NCBI GenBank assembly: GCA_963826525.1
Contig: CAWGXH010000003.1
Span: forward strand, 128,001 to 192,000
Origin: an uncultured Methanomicrobiaceae archaeon
GTDB taxonomy: Archaea > Halobacteriota > Methanomicrobia > Methanomicrobiales > Methanoculleaceae
Length of the DNA stretch: 64,000 bases
Direction of reading: 5' to 3'
The position numbers and the translations under genes are program-made. Below are positions 21,617-33,736 of this stretch, piece by piece (within the stretch, counting starts at the first letter, position 1; every line of letters begins with the position of its first letter). The notes under the pieces are model-generated. The model searched no databases, was not told where the DNA came from, and worked only from the letters and a program-made list of their open reading frames with translations.

Positions 21617-23756
21617 ATGAACCCGGGCGATGAGGAGCGTTTCCGTATCCGACTTTCGGTCGGAACAAAGATCTTTCTCGTCTTTTTAGGTCTCTCGTCG
21701 GCCGCTCTCCTTCTTGCCGGTCTCCTTGCATTCGTGCAGACGGACGACGTAAGCCGCTTCGCACTCCAGCAGAGCACCGCCCTCGGAGACCGTGCGGTCG
21801 ACAGCACGGCAGCGCTCGAAGACGACGCTGAAGAGTCGCTCCTCATGCTCGCTCAGAATCAAGCCTCTATCAGCAACATCATCTTTGAGCAGGTGAGCGG
21901 CGAGATCGATGTCATGGCGCAGTATGCCGAAGAGATCATGCACGATCCGTCTCGTGTACGGGAACGGCAGTTCTACCCCGAGAGCGCGGAGCCCGATGAC
22001 CGGTACTCGACGTCGCTCCTCTTCCTATCGCCCGGGATAGAGGTCGCCGCCCATGAGGACGAGCGGAATGCGGCGGGCATGATGGACGATATCTTCAGAC
22101 CCATCGCTGCCGCCGATCGGCGCATATCGAGCATCTATGTCGGGACTGATTCCGGGATGTCCATGATATATCCCTGGACGACCGGTCTGAACGCCTCGTT
22201 CGATCCCCGCCTTCGGAGCTGGTTTGTCCAGGCGAAGACGACCGGAGCGAAGAGCTGGTCGGAGCCCTATATCGATCTTCTCGGGCATGGTCTGATGGTG
22301 ACCTGTTCGAAACCGGTCTTCGATACCGGGAAAGGCTGGATCTGGGTCGTCGGCGCGGACGTCACGATCGAGACCATCAACCGGAACATCATCGGCACAC
22401 AGGTGGGTGACCGGGGGTATGCCATGCTGATCGACCAGCACGGCAACGTCATCTGCAGGCCGGGGCTCACCTCGGGAGATATGCGGTGGGACGAGTCGTT
22501 CGTCACCGAGAACCTCCTTGCGAGCAGTAACCCCGATCTCGTCTCGGTCGCAGAGAGGATGACTGCCGGGAAGATGGGCGTTGCCCGGGTCATGCTTGAG
22601 GACGGCGAACGTTTTGTCGCCTATGCCCCGGTGGAGAGCGTGAACTGGAGCGTGGGCGTGGTGATGCCGGTCGACGAGGTCATCGCGCCGATCACGGCGA
22701 CCCGTGAGAGTATCCTGCAGGCGTCGGGAGATACCGCCGCTCATATCAGCGACCAGCAGCAGGCAATGCAGACCATCTTTGTCGGGTTGTTCCTCATCCT
22801 CCTGGCGGCGGTCGGCGTTCTCACCCTCCTTGTCGCCCGGTATTTCACCCGGCCTCTAGAGGAACTGCAGAAGGGTTCGGAAGCCATCGGGCGGGGCGAC
22901 CTCGGATACCGGGTGGAGATAACGACCGGAGACGAGTTTGAGGAGCTCGCCCGGTCGTTCAACGGGATGACGGCCGATCTTCGCGACCATATCGACGAAC
23001 TCCGGCGAACTACGGCGGAGAACGAGCGGATCGTAAAGGAACTCGAGATCGCGAAGGAGATTCAGCAGAGCATCCTCCCTGAGTCCGCGCCGGTGCTTCC
23101 GGGAATCGATCTGGCGGGATTCAACATTCCGGCTCTCGAGGTCGGTGGGGATTTCTACGATTATATCCCCCTCGGCGACGACCGGTGGGGCCTTGCGATC
23201 GCCGATGTCTCCGGAAAGGGTGTCCCTGCCGCCCTCTTCATGGCGCTCTCCCGCACCCTCGTCCGGGCGAGCGCTGCTTCGAAACCCTGACCCGGCCGGG
23301 GCGATCCTCGAAGCGAACCGCTTCATCACCATGGACTCAAAGACCAGCATGTTCGTCACGCTCTTCTACGCTGTCCTGGACGCCCGGGCAAAAAGCCTCA
23401 CCTACGTGAATGCGGGCCATAATCCTCCGCTCCTCTTCAGGCCGGGGACGGACGAGGCGGAGCGCCTCCGGGGCCGAGGGATCGCGCTCGGCATCCTCGA
23501 CGAGATTGAGGTCGAGGTCGTCCAGATCGGGCTTGGACCCGGGGATACGCTGGTGCTCTACACCGATGGCGTGACGGAGGCGACGAACGAGAAGGACGAG
23601 GAGTACGGCCTTGAGAGGCTGGAGGCCTTCGTCTCGGCATTGCCGGAGCTCCCGGCGGAGGCTGTTATCGACGCGATCGTGAAGGATGTGGCAAAGTTCG
23701 CCGGAACTGCTCCCCAGTTCGACGACATCACGCTGATGGTGCTGAAGGTTAAGTGA
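21617..23756 (+). CDS. Membrane Cache-HAMP-SpoIIE (PP2C-type) phosphatase; frameshift near 23280
   Basis: FDPRLRSWF and WSEPYID (dCache), HAMP GDEFEELARSFN, VGGDFYD, ADVSGKG, NAGH, YTDG and DDIT. Confidence 0.9.
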
Positions 23757-23820
23757 GCGGAGCCGGACGCCTCCGCCGCCGCCGATAGATTTAGGATGCA
23801 GGAAGGGCATCCTTCCTGCC

Positions 23821-25836
23821 ATGGCAGGAGCGAAGCACGAGATGCAACGCCATGAGGCGGGCAGGCAGGAGCCGCCGAAGATGCATCGGCACGGCGGGGA
23901 TCACACCCACGCCCTCGCAGACTTCCGGAAACGCTTCCTCGTCTCGGTAATCCTGACCGTCCCGATCCTCCTTCTCTCGCCGACCATCCAGAGTTTCTTC
24001 GGTTTCTCACTCGTCTTCCCGGGCTCGACCATCGTGCTCTTCCTGCTCGCGACCGCGGTCTACGTCTACGGCGGCTGGCCGTTCCTGACCGGCATAATCG
24101 CCGAGCTCCGGGCACGGTCGCCCGGGATGATGACGCTGATCGCCGTCGCCATCACGGTTGCCTATCTCTACAGCGCCGCGGTCGTCTTCGGGCTGGTCGG
24201 CGGCGAGGGGTTCTTCTGGGAGCTCGCGACGCTGATCGATATCATGCTCCTCGGGCACTGGATCGAGATGCGCTCGGTGCTCGGAGCGTCGCGGGCGCTC
24301 GAGGAACTCGTGCGGATCATGCCCTCGGAGGCGCATCGCGTCACCGACGGCGGTATTGAGGATGTCCCGGTCGATGCACTCGCTCCCGGGGATTTGGTGC
24401 TGACAAAACCCGGCGAGAAGGTCCCGGTCGATGGGGTGGTCGCCGAGGGTGCGACCAGCATGAACGAGGCGATGCTGACAGGTGAGTCAAAGCCGGTTGC
24501 AAAGCGGCAGGGAGACCGGGTTATCGGCGGGGCGATAAACGGCGAGGGTTCGGTCACCGTCAAGGTGGAGAAGACCGGGAAGGAGACGTACCTCGCCCAG
24601 GTGGTCGAACTCGTCAGGCAGGCGCAGGAGAGTAAATCGCGGGCACAGGACCTTGCCGACCGGGCGGCGTTCTTCCTGGTGGTGATTGCACTCTCGGTCG
24701 GCGCCGTCACCTTCGCCGCCTGGCTCGCGGCAGGGGAGGTGCTCGGGTTTGCGGTCGAGCGTGCAGCCACGGTGATGGTGATCACCTGCCCTCACGCCCT
24801 CGGGCTCGCCGTTCCGCTGGTGGTTGCGGTCTCGACGGCGCTTGCAGCCTCGGCAGGTCTCCTGATCCGCGACCGGAGCGCATTCGAGCGTGCCCGGAAC
24901 ATACAGGCGGTCGTCTTCGATAAGACCGGCACCCTGACGGAAGGACGGTTCGGGGTGACGGATATCATCCCGCTCGGCACCTCTGCTGAGAACGAGATCG
25001 TTCGGCTCGCCGCCTCGGTTGAATCCGCCTCCGAGCATCCGATCGCGCTGGGACTGGTGCGGACTGCGAACGAGCGCGGGCTTGACCTCTCTGCGGCCCG
25101 AGATTTCCGTGCGATTCCGGGCAAAGGGGTCGAGGCGGAGATCTCCGGCCGGAAGATTAGCGTGGTCAGCCCCGGGTATCTGCAGGAGCTGGGCATCGCC
25201 ATCGAGGATGAGCGGGTGGCCGCCGTCGAGAGCCAGGGTAAGACCGTCGTCTTTCTCCTGGAGGACAATAAGGCCGCAGGGGCGCTCGCACTCGCCGATA
25301 TCATCAGGCCGGAGTCACGGGAGGCGATCGAGCGGCTCAAAGCGATGGATATCCGGTGCATGATGCTGACCGGCGACAACCGGCATGTGGCGGCGTGGGT
25401 GGCAGCGGAGATTGGCCTCGATGACTATTTCGCCGGTGTTCTCCCGCACGAGAAGGCGGAGAAGATCCGCACGGTGCAGGAGCGTTACCGGGTGGCGATG
25501 GTGGGCGATGGGATCAACGACGCACCGGCGCTGGTGGCCGCGGACGTCGGAGTCGCCATCGGGGCAGGGACCGATGTTGCCGTGGAGAGTGCCGATATCG
25601 TGCTGGTGCGTAGCGACCCGCGTGACGTGGCTGCTATTGTCGATCTTTCGAAGAAGACCTACGCGAAGATGCTCCAGAACCTGCTCTGGGCGACCGGGTA
25701 CAACGCGTTTGCCATCCCCCTCGCAGCGGGAGTCCTCTTCGGCTACGGGGTCGTGCTGACGCCGGCGGCCGGTGCGATACTCATGAGCGCCAGCACCGTC
25801 ATCGTCGCGATCAATGCCCGACTCCTGCGGATGTAG
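23821..25836 (+). CDS. copB: Copper-translocating P1B-type ATPase, CopB-like
   Basis: His-containing N-terminus, TGES, CPHALGLA (CPH), DKTGT, SEHP, GDGIND, YN and MSAST. Confidence 0.9.
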   Translation: MAGAKHEMQRHEAGRQEPPKMHRHGGDHTHALADFRKRFLVSVILTVPILLLSPTIQSFFGFSLVFPGSTIVLFLLATAVYVYGGWPFLTGIIAELRARSPGMMTLIAVAITVAYLYSAAVVFGLVGGEGFFWELATLIDIMLLGHWIEMRSVLGASRALEELVRIMPSEAHRVTDGGIEDVPVDALAPGDLVLTKPGEKVPVDGVVAEGATSMNEAMLTGESKPVAKRQGDRVIGGAINGEGSVTVKVEKTGKETYLAQVVELVRQAQESKSRAQDLADRAAFFLVVIALSVGAVTFAAWLAAGEVLGFAVERAATVMVITCPHALGLAVPLVVAVSTALAASAGLLIRDRSAFERARNIQAVVFDKTGTLTEGRFGVTDIIPLGTSAENEIVRLAASVESASEHPIALGLVRTANERGLDLSAARDFRAIPGKGVEAEISGRKISVVSPGYLQELGIAIEDERVAAVESQGKTVVFLLEDNKAAGALALADIIRPESREAIERLKAMDIRCMMLTGDNRHVAAWVAAEIGLDDYFAGVLPHEKAEKIRTVQERYRVAMVGDGINDAPALVAADVGVAIGAGTDVAVESADIVLVRSDPRDVAAIVDLSKKTYAKMLQNLLWATGYNAFAIPLAAGVLFGYGVVLTPAAGAILMSASTVIVAINARLLRM

Positions 25837-25911
25837 GGAGTCCTGCCGTGAAGAGCGTGGGTGGGGGAACATTTTTCCCTTCTCTCCGGGTAACCGGGGG
25901 TGGTGATTCCC

Positions 25912-26203
25912 GTGAAGGTAGAACTATTCCACGTTAAAGGGTGTGCCCGGTGTTTTCAGGCTGCGGGCGCGCTCAAAAGCGCCCTCGCGGATATGGGGCT
26001 TTCGTATGACGATACTGGTAGAAGAAAAGCATGTCCGGGAAGGCTCGTTGGCAGTCGATGAGCTCGTGCAGATGAACCTCGTCGCGGTTCCGGTTATCAA
26101 GGCGGGGGGCCGGGTGCTCGTCCAGGACGATGCGATGCGGGCGGGGACTATCCGGCTGTTCCTGGAGCAGCAGATAGAATTGCCTCTGCCGCCCGGTCGG
26201 TGA
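25912..26203 (+). CDS. Glutaredoxin/thioredoxin-like protein (frameshift near 26016)
   Basis: Hand translation VKVELFHVKGCARCFQAAGALKSAL.../LVEEKHV...LVAVPVIKAGG: CxxC plus cis-Pro VP motif; only the 3' half is in the ORF track. Confidence 0.65.
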
Positions 26204-26234
26204 GGCCGAGGGGAGAATCTCCTCTTCGGCTACC

Positions 26235-27529
26235 TCACTTCGGTTTGTAGCGCCCCCACTTCTCAAGCGCTTTGCCGAGTTCCGGAGCGCTCTTCGCCTT
26301 CTCTTCGAGGCTCTCCCCCTCTTGCCAGGCCTCGATAGCCTGCATGGTTGCCTCTGCACCTGCCCGCGTGCCTTGCGGGTGGCCGTGAATGCCCCCGCTC
26401 ACGAGCAGGTCCGAGATCGGCACCGTAGATGTCGAGGACGTCCGGCACGAGCCCCGGATGGAGCCCTCCCGACGAGACCGGGAATGCGCTTTTGATCGCT
26501 CCCCAGTCCTGTTCGAGCGCCGCATGGTGCACCGGACTCGTCCGCTTCTCCCGGAGCATATCCGCGAGCAGAGTCGCCTCCGCCTTCGTCCCGACGAGCT
26601 TGCCGACGGCGGTACCGGTATGGATCTGGCTCACCCCGATGAGCCGCATGATCTTCGCCAGGAACTGCATCGATGATCCCATGCTTCGGGTTCCGGTCGA
26701 AGGCCGCGTGCATCGCCCGGTGTGCGTGGATGGCAAGCCCGAGGTCGGAGCAGTAGTCGCGCATGGTCGCCACGGCAGCCGTTCCCGCCACCACGACGTC
26801 GATCATGGCGTAGGTCCAGCCGTGCTCCGCGAGCATATCCGCCCGCTTCTTCATGATCTCGGTCTCCGCGGTGATATTGATGAACGCGGACTTCGCCTCA
26901 CCGGTCTCCTGTTCGGCCTTGTCGCGCTTCTCTGCAAGGAGCCGCACCCGGTCGTCGAACCGATTGAACGGCATCGACGTTAAGTTCTCGTCGTCTTTCA
27001 CGAAGTCGAATCCGCCCATCCAGGTCTCAAACCCGATCTCGGCATGCTCCGCTGCGGTAAACCCAACCTTCGGCTTCGGCACGGCGCCCGTGAGCGGCCA
27101 ATCGTAGACCCCCATCATATCCCGTATGCCGTCCATCCCGAAGTGCGGCCCTTCGAAGTGCCGGAGGTAGTCGGGCGGGAGTGCGGCATCGATCAGCCGC
27201 AGGTTCGCGAGTGCCTTCATGCCGAAGATGTTCCCCGCGATACCGCTCAGGAGCTGCACGACATTCCCCTCCTCCCAGAGGTCGAGAGGATAGGCTATCT
27301 TCACGTAGTTGTCCTCTATCGAAAAGGCCGTGGCCTGAAGCGCTTTCATCCGCGGTGGGAGGGTAAAAAGCGTCGTCCAGGTGCCCGTCGAGCTCTCCGA
27401 GGCTATCCTTCCGATCGCTTCCTCCCTGCCGATGCCTTCTGCAGGTTCGAAGGAGAATAACGCCACAAGTTCGTTTGCAGCGGGGGTATACTCGAGATCC
27501 ACGAATTCGTTGTACCAGTCAATCGCCAT
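26235..27529 (-). CDS. rbcL: Form III ribulose-1,5-bisphosphate carboxylase; frameshifts near 26670 and 26405
   Basis: ESSTGTW, KPKVG, catalytic GFDFVKDDE, HAHRAMH, HTGTAVGKL, SGGLHP and GGIHGHP. Confidence 0.95.
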
Positions 27530-27584
27530 CTCAACACCTGCATGCAGAAATGAGCGCAAAGGTAAAAAAACCTTACATCGGGGT

Positions 27585-29171
27585 TCACGCCATCTCATTT
27601 CGGCGGAGGAACTCCCGGATCAGCCGTGACTCCACCCAGCCCCGGTCGAGTTGTTTGACGATTCCGTTGATCCGGAGCACCTGCCCGCGTATCTTCTCCG
27701 CTGTCTCTGTATCCTCCATAAGATCTGCCCGTGCCAGGATAACCTGCAGGGGATGGCGGACGTGGTCGCCGAGGATTGCGAACTGCTCCATGTTCTGCTC
27801 GATCTGTTCGAATGCCCTGCTTCGCAGGGTTTCGTATGCTTTCCGGTCGGTGATATCCTCGATCATACCGATGACGTAGCGGATCTCACCGCCCGGGTCA
27901 CGGAGCAGAGAGGTTGCCAGGCGTCCCCATACCGTCCGTCCGTCCTTTGCGAGGTAGCGTTTCTCCAGATGGTCGATCTCATGCTCTCCGGCAAGGGTCT
28001 CGCGGAAGTGGGTCAGAGCCTCCGTGAGGTCATCCGGGTGGGTCAGGTCGCCGATGTTCACGCCCTCGAGTTCATCGGCACCATACCCGAGAATCTTCTG
28101 GAATGCCGGGTTCGCCCTGACGATCCGCCCTCCGGTATCGGCGAGCACTATGCTGAATCCTGCCCGCTCGAAGATGCCCCGGAACCGCTCTTCACTGCTT
28201 CGCAGGGCGCGTTCCGCCTCCTTTCGCTCGGTGATATCCTGGACCACCGCCACTGCCCCGATCCTCCGGCCGGCAGAGTCCGTGATCGGAGCGCTGTTGG
28301 CAAGGACCTCGCGCTTCCCGCCGTCCGGCCGGAGTACCGGAAGCTCCATGCCCCGGATCACCTCTCCGTGCCGTACCGAGCGGATGAGCGGGAGATCGGC
28401 GGGGGCGCAGGGGTTTTCGTCGGGGTAGCAGATGTGCAGGTCGGCGTGACTCGCATGCTCCTCCCCGATCCGGATATGCCAGCCGTAGATACTGTCCGCT
28501 ACAGGATTTGCCATCCTGACCCGGCTATCTTCGTCGACGACGACGATCGCCTCAGGGACACTCTCGATGATCGCGCTGAGCCGTGCCCGCTCTTCATCGA
28601 GCTTCCTTATCGTCAGGACATCCTCGGTACAATCCTGCAGGACTGAGATGGTCACAAAGAGCCGGTTGTCGAAGATGAGAGGTGAGGAGGATACGCGCAC
28701 GTGGTATGTCTCCCCCTTCGAGTCTACGATCTCCATCTTCTCGTTCCTGACGATCTCCCCGCGTGCTGCCCGGGTGCTCGGCAGATCCTCAACGGATACC
28801 GCCCTCCCGTCTGGATAGCGAAATGAAACACGCCGGATGAGCATCTCCCTCGAAAGACCGATGATATCCCGGTTCATGCGCTCTTTCGCCGCCCGGTTTG
28901 CCCTGATCACCCGCCCTTCGGCGTCGTAGATGAGCACCCACTGTCCTATCGCCTCGAGAACGGCATCCCGCTCCTCTACCGCCCGTTCTGCCTGTATCAG
29001 AAGCTCTTCGTTTCTGGCTGTCAGTTCGCGGCTATTCCGGGAGACGGTGTCGAGCCCTGCGGAGAGCCGCGAGAGAATTTCACGCTGGCTGGTATCCAGC
29101 GCGCTCCGGAGAAGGTCCCCGACAGCATGCTGTATCTCTTCAATCAGCCGGTCGGAGGTTGGATTTTTCAT
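27585..29171 (-). CDS. Multi-PAS sensor with C-terminal HisKA-like domain and no ATPase
   Basis: Three PAS/PAC units (QDCTE, QDITERK, EDITDRK); tail GDHVRHPLQ...LDRGWVES. Start taken at MKNPTSD. Confidence 0.85.
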   Translation of the reverse strand: MKNPTSDRLIEEIQHAVGDLLRSALDTSQREILSRLSAGLDTVSRNSRELTARNEELLIQAERAVEERDAVLEAIGQWVLIYDAEGRVIRANRAAKERMNRDIIGLSREMLIRRVSFRYPDGRAVSVEDLPSTRAARGEIVRNEKMEIVDSKGETYHVRVSSSPLIFDNRLFVTISVLQDCTEDVLTIRKLDEERARLSAIIESVPEAIVVVDEDSRVRMANPVADSIYGWHIRIGEEHASHADLHICYPDENPCAPADLPLIRSVRHGEVIRGMELPVLRPDGGKREVLANSAPITDSAGRRIGAVAVVQDITERKEAERALRSSEERFRGIFERAGFSIVLADTGGRIVRANPAFQKILGYGADELEGVNIGDLTHPDDLTEALTHFRETLAGEHEIDHLEKRYLAKDGRTVWGRLATSLLRDPGGEIRYVIGMIEDITDRKAYETLRSRAFEQIEQNMEQFAILGDHVRHPLQVILARADLMEDTETAEKIRGQVLRINGIVKQLDRGWVESRLIREFLRRNEMA

Positions 29172-29616
29172 CCAGTCCGCCCCCGATCCGGGAGTCTCCC
29201 TATCGCTGCCCCCACCGGCCGATCGGGTCTTCCCTTTCTTCGGGCAGGCGAGCGCAGGATCCGTATCGGCAAGAGAGTGGCTTTGGTCGGGGTTTTTGCC
29301 GGGTATGCCCTTCCCGACGTTGCGGTTCGTAAGGCCGACTCCTGCGGCATCGCGAAACACGGCGACCCCGGAGAGGTTTCACAAAGCCTGCTGAAGGATC
29401 CAACCGGCCGGATGTCATGGTTATGTGTACCGGGAACTGCATAGCGGCTGGAGACGTCGTCGATAGCATAGCGATTTTGGTACATGGCAGTATCGTCCTT
29501 CCGTAGCGAAACTCCGTGACTTTATACTAATCATCTGATAAAAATGCGACGCCAACCCGGCGTGTATGCCGTGCATCCGGGTATTTCCGAAAAGAGGACA
29601 GAGTAGTCCGGCAGCC

Positions 29617-32600
29617 TTACTCCTGCAGGAGTCTGAACATCCCGGGTGGGACGAGTATCTCAAACCGTGCTCCCCGGCCCGGCTCCCCGGTCTCCCGAAT
29701 CCCGATCCCGGTTATCGCCAGAATCTCCCGTATCAGAAATAGGCCGTATCCGGTGTTGCGGCCGAACCCCGGGGCGAATATCCGCTCTTTCAGGTGGTCG
29801 GGCACCCCTTCGCCGTCGTCCTCCCAGAAGATCGTCGCTCCGCCGTCGCCGATACGGTACGAGGTCTGCAGGGTGGTTGCATGCTCGCCGTGCCGGAGCG
29901 TGTTCTCGACCAGATTTTCAAAGACCTTTCGGAGCATTGGATCGGCGTAGACGGTAAGGCCGTCGAGATTATGTCTGCACACGAGGTTCTTCGTCCTGAG
30001 CTGGCCGGCGAGGTGACTGAGATCCTGCCACTCCGGTTTGAAGACGCCGAGGTTCTGGTAATCCCGGGTAAACTCGATCTGCTGCTGTATCGTCGTCACC
30101 GACCGTTCCACGCGTCCGATGCACTCCAGCATCAGTGGATTCGGATCCTTCGATTTTGCGTAATCCAGGTACCGAGAACCACCATGATTTGGTTGATGAT
30201 GTCGTGCCGGGTGACCGTGGAGAGGAGGTTCATCTTTTTGTTCGCCTCAAGGAGCCCTTCCTCCGCCCGTTTCCTATCCGTTACATCGCGAACGGTGGCG
30301 ATGACCCCGCGGATGAGCGGTTCGTCGAGATAGTTCCTCGCCCGTGCCTCAAGGAAAATTTCCCTGCCGTCTCTCCTGATGAAGCGATATTCCACCTGCA
30401 CCTGCCTGTCGGGGGTGGCGAGCATCCTTTGCCAGGCATCCCTGACGGATTCGGCATCTTCCGGGTGGACGGCGTCGAAGATGGATCCCTTCATATCAGC
30501 CGGGAGAAAGCCGGTCGTCTCCTCGACGCTCGGGCTGACGTACCGGAAGGTGCCGTCCGGGTTGATGATAAGATAGATATCGGATGCATTATCGACCATG
30601 AACTGGAACCGTGCTTCACTCTCCCGGACGGTTTTGTCCATCCGGTTTCGGTCGAGAGCGCTCCCGATAATATCGGCAGAGACGCGAAGGAGCAGGTGGT
30701 CGTCTTCTCCGAAGTCGCCGGTCTCGTAGACGTTATCAAACCCGATAAATCCTGCAAGTCGGTTTCGGACGGTGATCGGCAGCACGATGAGCGACTTGAT
30801 ACCCTGGCTCTCCAGTATCTCCCGCTCGCCCCTCGCCTCCTCCGGGAGTGCGGAGACATCCGCGATCCCGATGGCCTCTCCTCCCCTGAGCCGCTCCATC
30901 CACCCGGGAAAGGTCTCCAGCAGGAGATTTTGGAGGTGCTCTTTCCCCGGCGTCACACCGGCGGTGCACCACTCGTGGGTGTTGGCGATCGCCCCTTCTC
31001 TCTCGCGGATGAGGAAGATGTATGCCCTGCTGGCTCCGCTGAACTGTCCGATATCCCGAAGCGAGGCGTCGACCGCCGCATCGAAGTCGGTGACTCCGAC
31101 GAACCGCGAAGACAGCGTCGAGATCGTCCGCTCAAACTCGTACCGTTCCCTGATCGCCTCCCGGTATCGGTTCGCTTCGGTGATATCCCGTCCGACCGAC
31201 TGGTTATCGATTACCTGCCCGAGATCGTTGAAAAACGCTCTATCGACCCATCTGACCCAGCGTTCGGAGCCATCGGGCATGCAGTGCCGGTGATCGAGGG
31301 CAGCAACCGGGCGCTCCGGGGTGAGTGCCGCGAAATGTTCACGGACCCGTCTGACCTCGTCCGCGGGAATAGGAGGGACGAAGCGGCATCCGAGGAGCTC
31401 ATCGCGCTTTTTTCCGAAGTAGCGGCAGTATGCTTCGTTCACGAACGTATGCCCGAAGTCGGGGTCAAACCTGCAGATGAGCTCGGTCTGGTCTTCGACG
31501 ACTCCCCGGTACCGCTGTTCGCTCTCTGCAAGTTCCTGTTGCGCCGCCGCGATCTCATCGACCTGCTGGCGCAGTTCCTCTTCGGCAGCGCTCAGGCGCT
31601 CGTTCGCATCGAGCAGTGCGTTGTTCTTCTCCTGAAGCGCTTCTTCACGGCATTTCAGGTCGCTGATATCGTGGGTGACCGTTGCGAATCTGTCGTCACC
31701 CATCGGGACGGCGGAGATGCTGAAGTGTCTCTTCAGAGGCGGATAGTACGTCTCGAAACGTACGGCATCCCCCGATGCGACGACTCTTTCGTAGGTCTTC
31801 AGGAACGGCGGGGGAACGGAGCCGTACAATCGGGAGGCCGGCGATCCGATCGCCTGCTGAGGAGAAATGCCGGTGATCTCGGTGAACGTCGGATTGCAGT
31901 CGACGATCTCGTAGTCGACGGCGTTTCCGCTCTCATCGCGCACCAGCCGGTGGAAGGCCACCATATCGGACGTCCACCAGTAGACCGACCGAAACCGCTG
32001 CTCGCTCACCGAAAGTTCCTGTTGCGCCGCTGCAATCTCATCGAGTTGCTGGCGAAGCTCCTCTTCGGCCGCTGTGAGGTGCTCGTTCGCCGACATGAGA
32101 TCTTCATTTCTCTCCATAAGCGCATGCTGAGCGTCCCGCATCTCCGTAATATCCCGGATGGACTCGATTGCACCGACGACCTCGCCCTGCTCGTTGTAGA
32201 ACGGTGTCGCCTTTATCCAGAGGGCGGTTGTACGCCCGGAAGGGTGCAGGAACGATGTTTCTCCGATGATGGAGTCGCCATCTCTTACGATAGAGGTATA
32301 CCTGGCTCTATCGTCCTCCTCGAAGCGGTGCATGACAAGGTCGATGAGCAGGCGCCGCTCTTCGCCGTAGACGGCAACACTGTACTTGCGATCCCCCTTT
32401 CCGAGCATCTCCCCGGCCGGCACCCCCGTCATCGCCTCCATCGCCTTGTTCCAGGAAATGACGACCCCATCCCGGTCGATCGCGAACGTGGCATCGGGCA
32501 GAAAATCGATGATATCGGTGAGGCGCCGCTCCGACCGGTGGAGCATCGCCTCTGCACGACGGCGTGAGACGGCGTGGACGATCTTGTGCTCGAGCTCAGT

Positions 32601-32933
32601 GAAGAGAGCCTTCGGATGAGCACCCTTCTGCAGATAAAAATCGGCACCGTTGTTCAGCGCCTCGATAGCGACCTCTTCACGCCCTTTGCCCGTGAAGAGT
32701 ATAAACGGCAGATCCCCGTGCCTGCTTCGGATCTGCTTGAGAAATTCAATTCCGTCGCTCTCCGGCATCTGGTAATCAGATACGGCGCAGTCGTAATCCC
32801 GATCCTCGAGGAGAGCGCACGCTTCCCGAACACTTGTCGCCGTAGCTACGGTCAGATCGCCTGAACGCTCAAGAAACAACTTTCCGATCTCAAGGAGGTC
32901 GGGTTCGTCGTCAACGTACATGACCGATATCAT
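29617..32933 (-). CDS. Hybrid sensor kinase REC-PAS-PAS-PAS-GAF-PAS-HisKA-HATPase; frameshift near 30150
   Basis: YVDDE, SDYQMP, FTGKG (REC); H-box TRHDIINQ; ENLVENTLRHG, DDGEG and GYGLF. Confidence 0.9.
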
Positions 32934-33079
32934 GGGTATACCCCTTTTGGAAAGTTTCTGAAAGAGCGTATACGATGAAAAGCGTCATAAGAGTATTCAT
33001 TTTCTCCGGAGCGCCGTGGAAGGCCTCCCGCCTGCCTGAGAGGATCGCTGTCGATCACGTCTTCCGACGTCGGGGATGG

Positions 33080-33736
33080 TCAGGCACGCCTGCACGAGCC
33101 TCGCCCGGCAGTCCCTTTCGCTGCGGTGATCAGCGACTTCATCGCTCGTGCGGCTGCCGTCATGTCAGCCTGGCCGACAACCGCCGATATGACCGCGACG
33201 CCGTCGGCTCCGGCCGCGATCACCTCCCGGAGATTATGGTGCCCGATACCGCCGATCGCGATCACGGGCACGGAGACCACGGGCCGGATCGTAGCGAGGG
33301 TGGCGAGGCCGTGTCCGGGGCCTGCATCGGCCTTCGACGCGGTCGGGAAGGTCGGGCTGAGCGCGACGTAATCGGCGCCGGCCGCCTCGGCCTGTGCCGC
33401 CTCCCGGGCGCCCCCTACCGAGATGCCGATAATGAAACCCGGCGGTGCGATCCTTCGTGCGTATTCGAGCGGCAGGTCGCTCTGCCCGAGGTGAACGCCG
33501 TCCGCTCCTGCGGCGAGCGCCACGTCCAGCCGGTCGTTCACGATGAAGAGTGCTCCGGCCGTCCGGGTGATCTTCCGGATCTCGCAGGCCGCCGCGAGGA
33601 GATCGCGGCACGAAAGAGATTTGTCGCGGAGCTGAATAGCATCCGCCCCTCCGGCGACGGCAGACCGGGCTTGCTCGGTGTGGGTCCGGCCGCGGCCGAT
33701 CTGCTCATCTGTTACCACGTAGAGGTCATAGGCCAT
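33080..33736 (-). CDS. thiE: Thiamine-phosphate synthase
   Basis: [25 protein letters not shown] and AIGGI. Confidence 0.95.
   Translation of the reverse strand: MAYDLYVVTDEQIGRGRTHTEQARSAVAGGADAIQLRDKSLSCRDLLAAACEIRKITRTAGALFIVNDRLDVALAAGADGVHLGQSDLPLEYARRIAPPGFIIGISVGGAREAAQAEAAGADYVALSPTFPTASKADAGPGHGLATLATIRPVVSVPVIAIGGIGHHNLREVIAAGADGVAVISAVVGQADMTAAARAMKSLITAAKGTAGRGSCRRA

Noticed and set aside
31530-32100. Repeated AAEEELRQQxDEIAAAQQEL segments in the hybrid kinase
   Set aside because: Ordinary coiled-coil linkers between PAS domains, not a separate repeat element.
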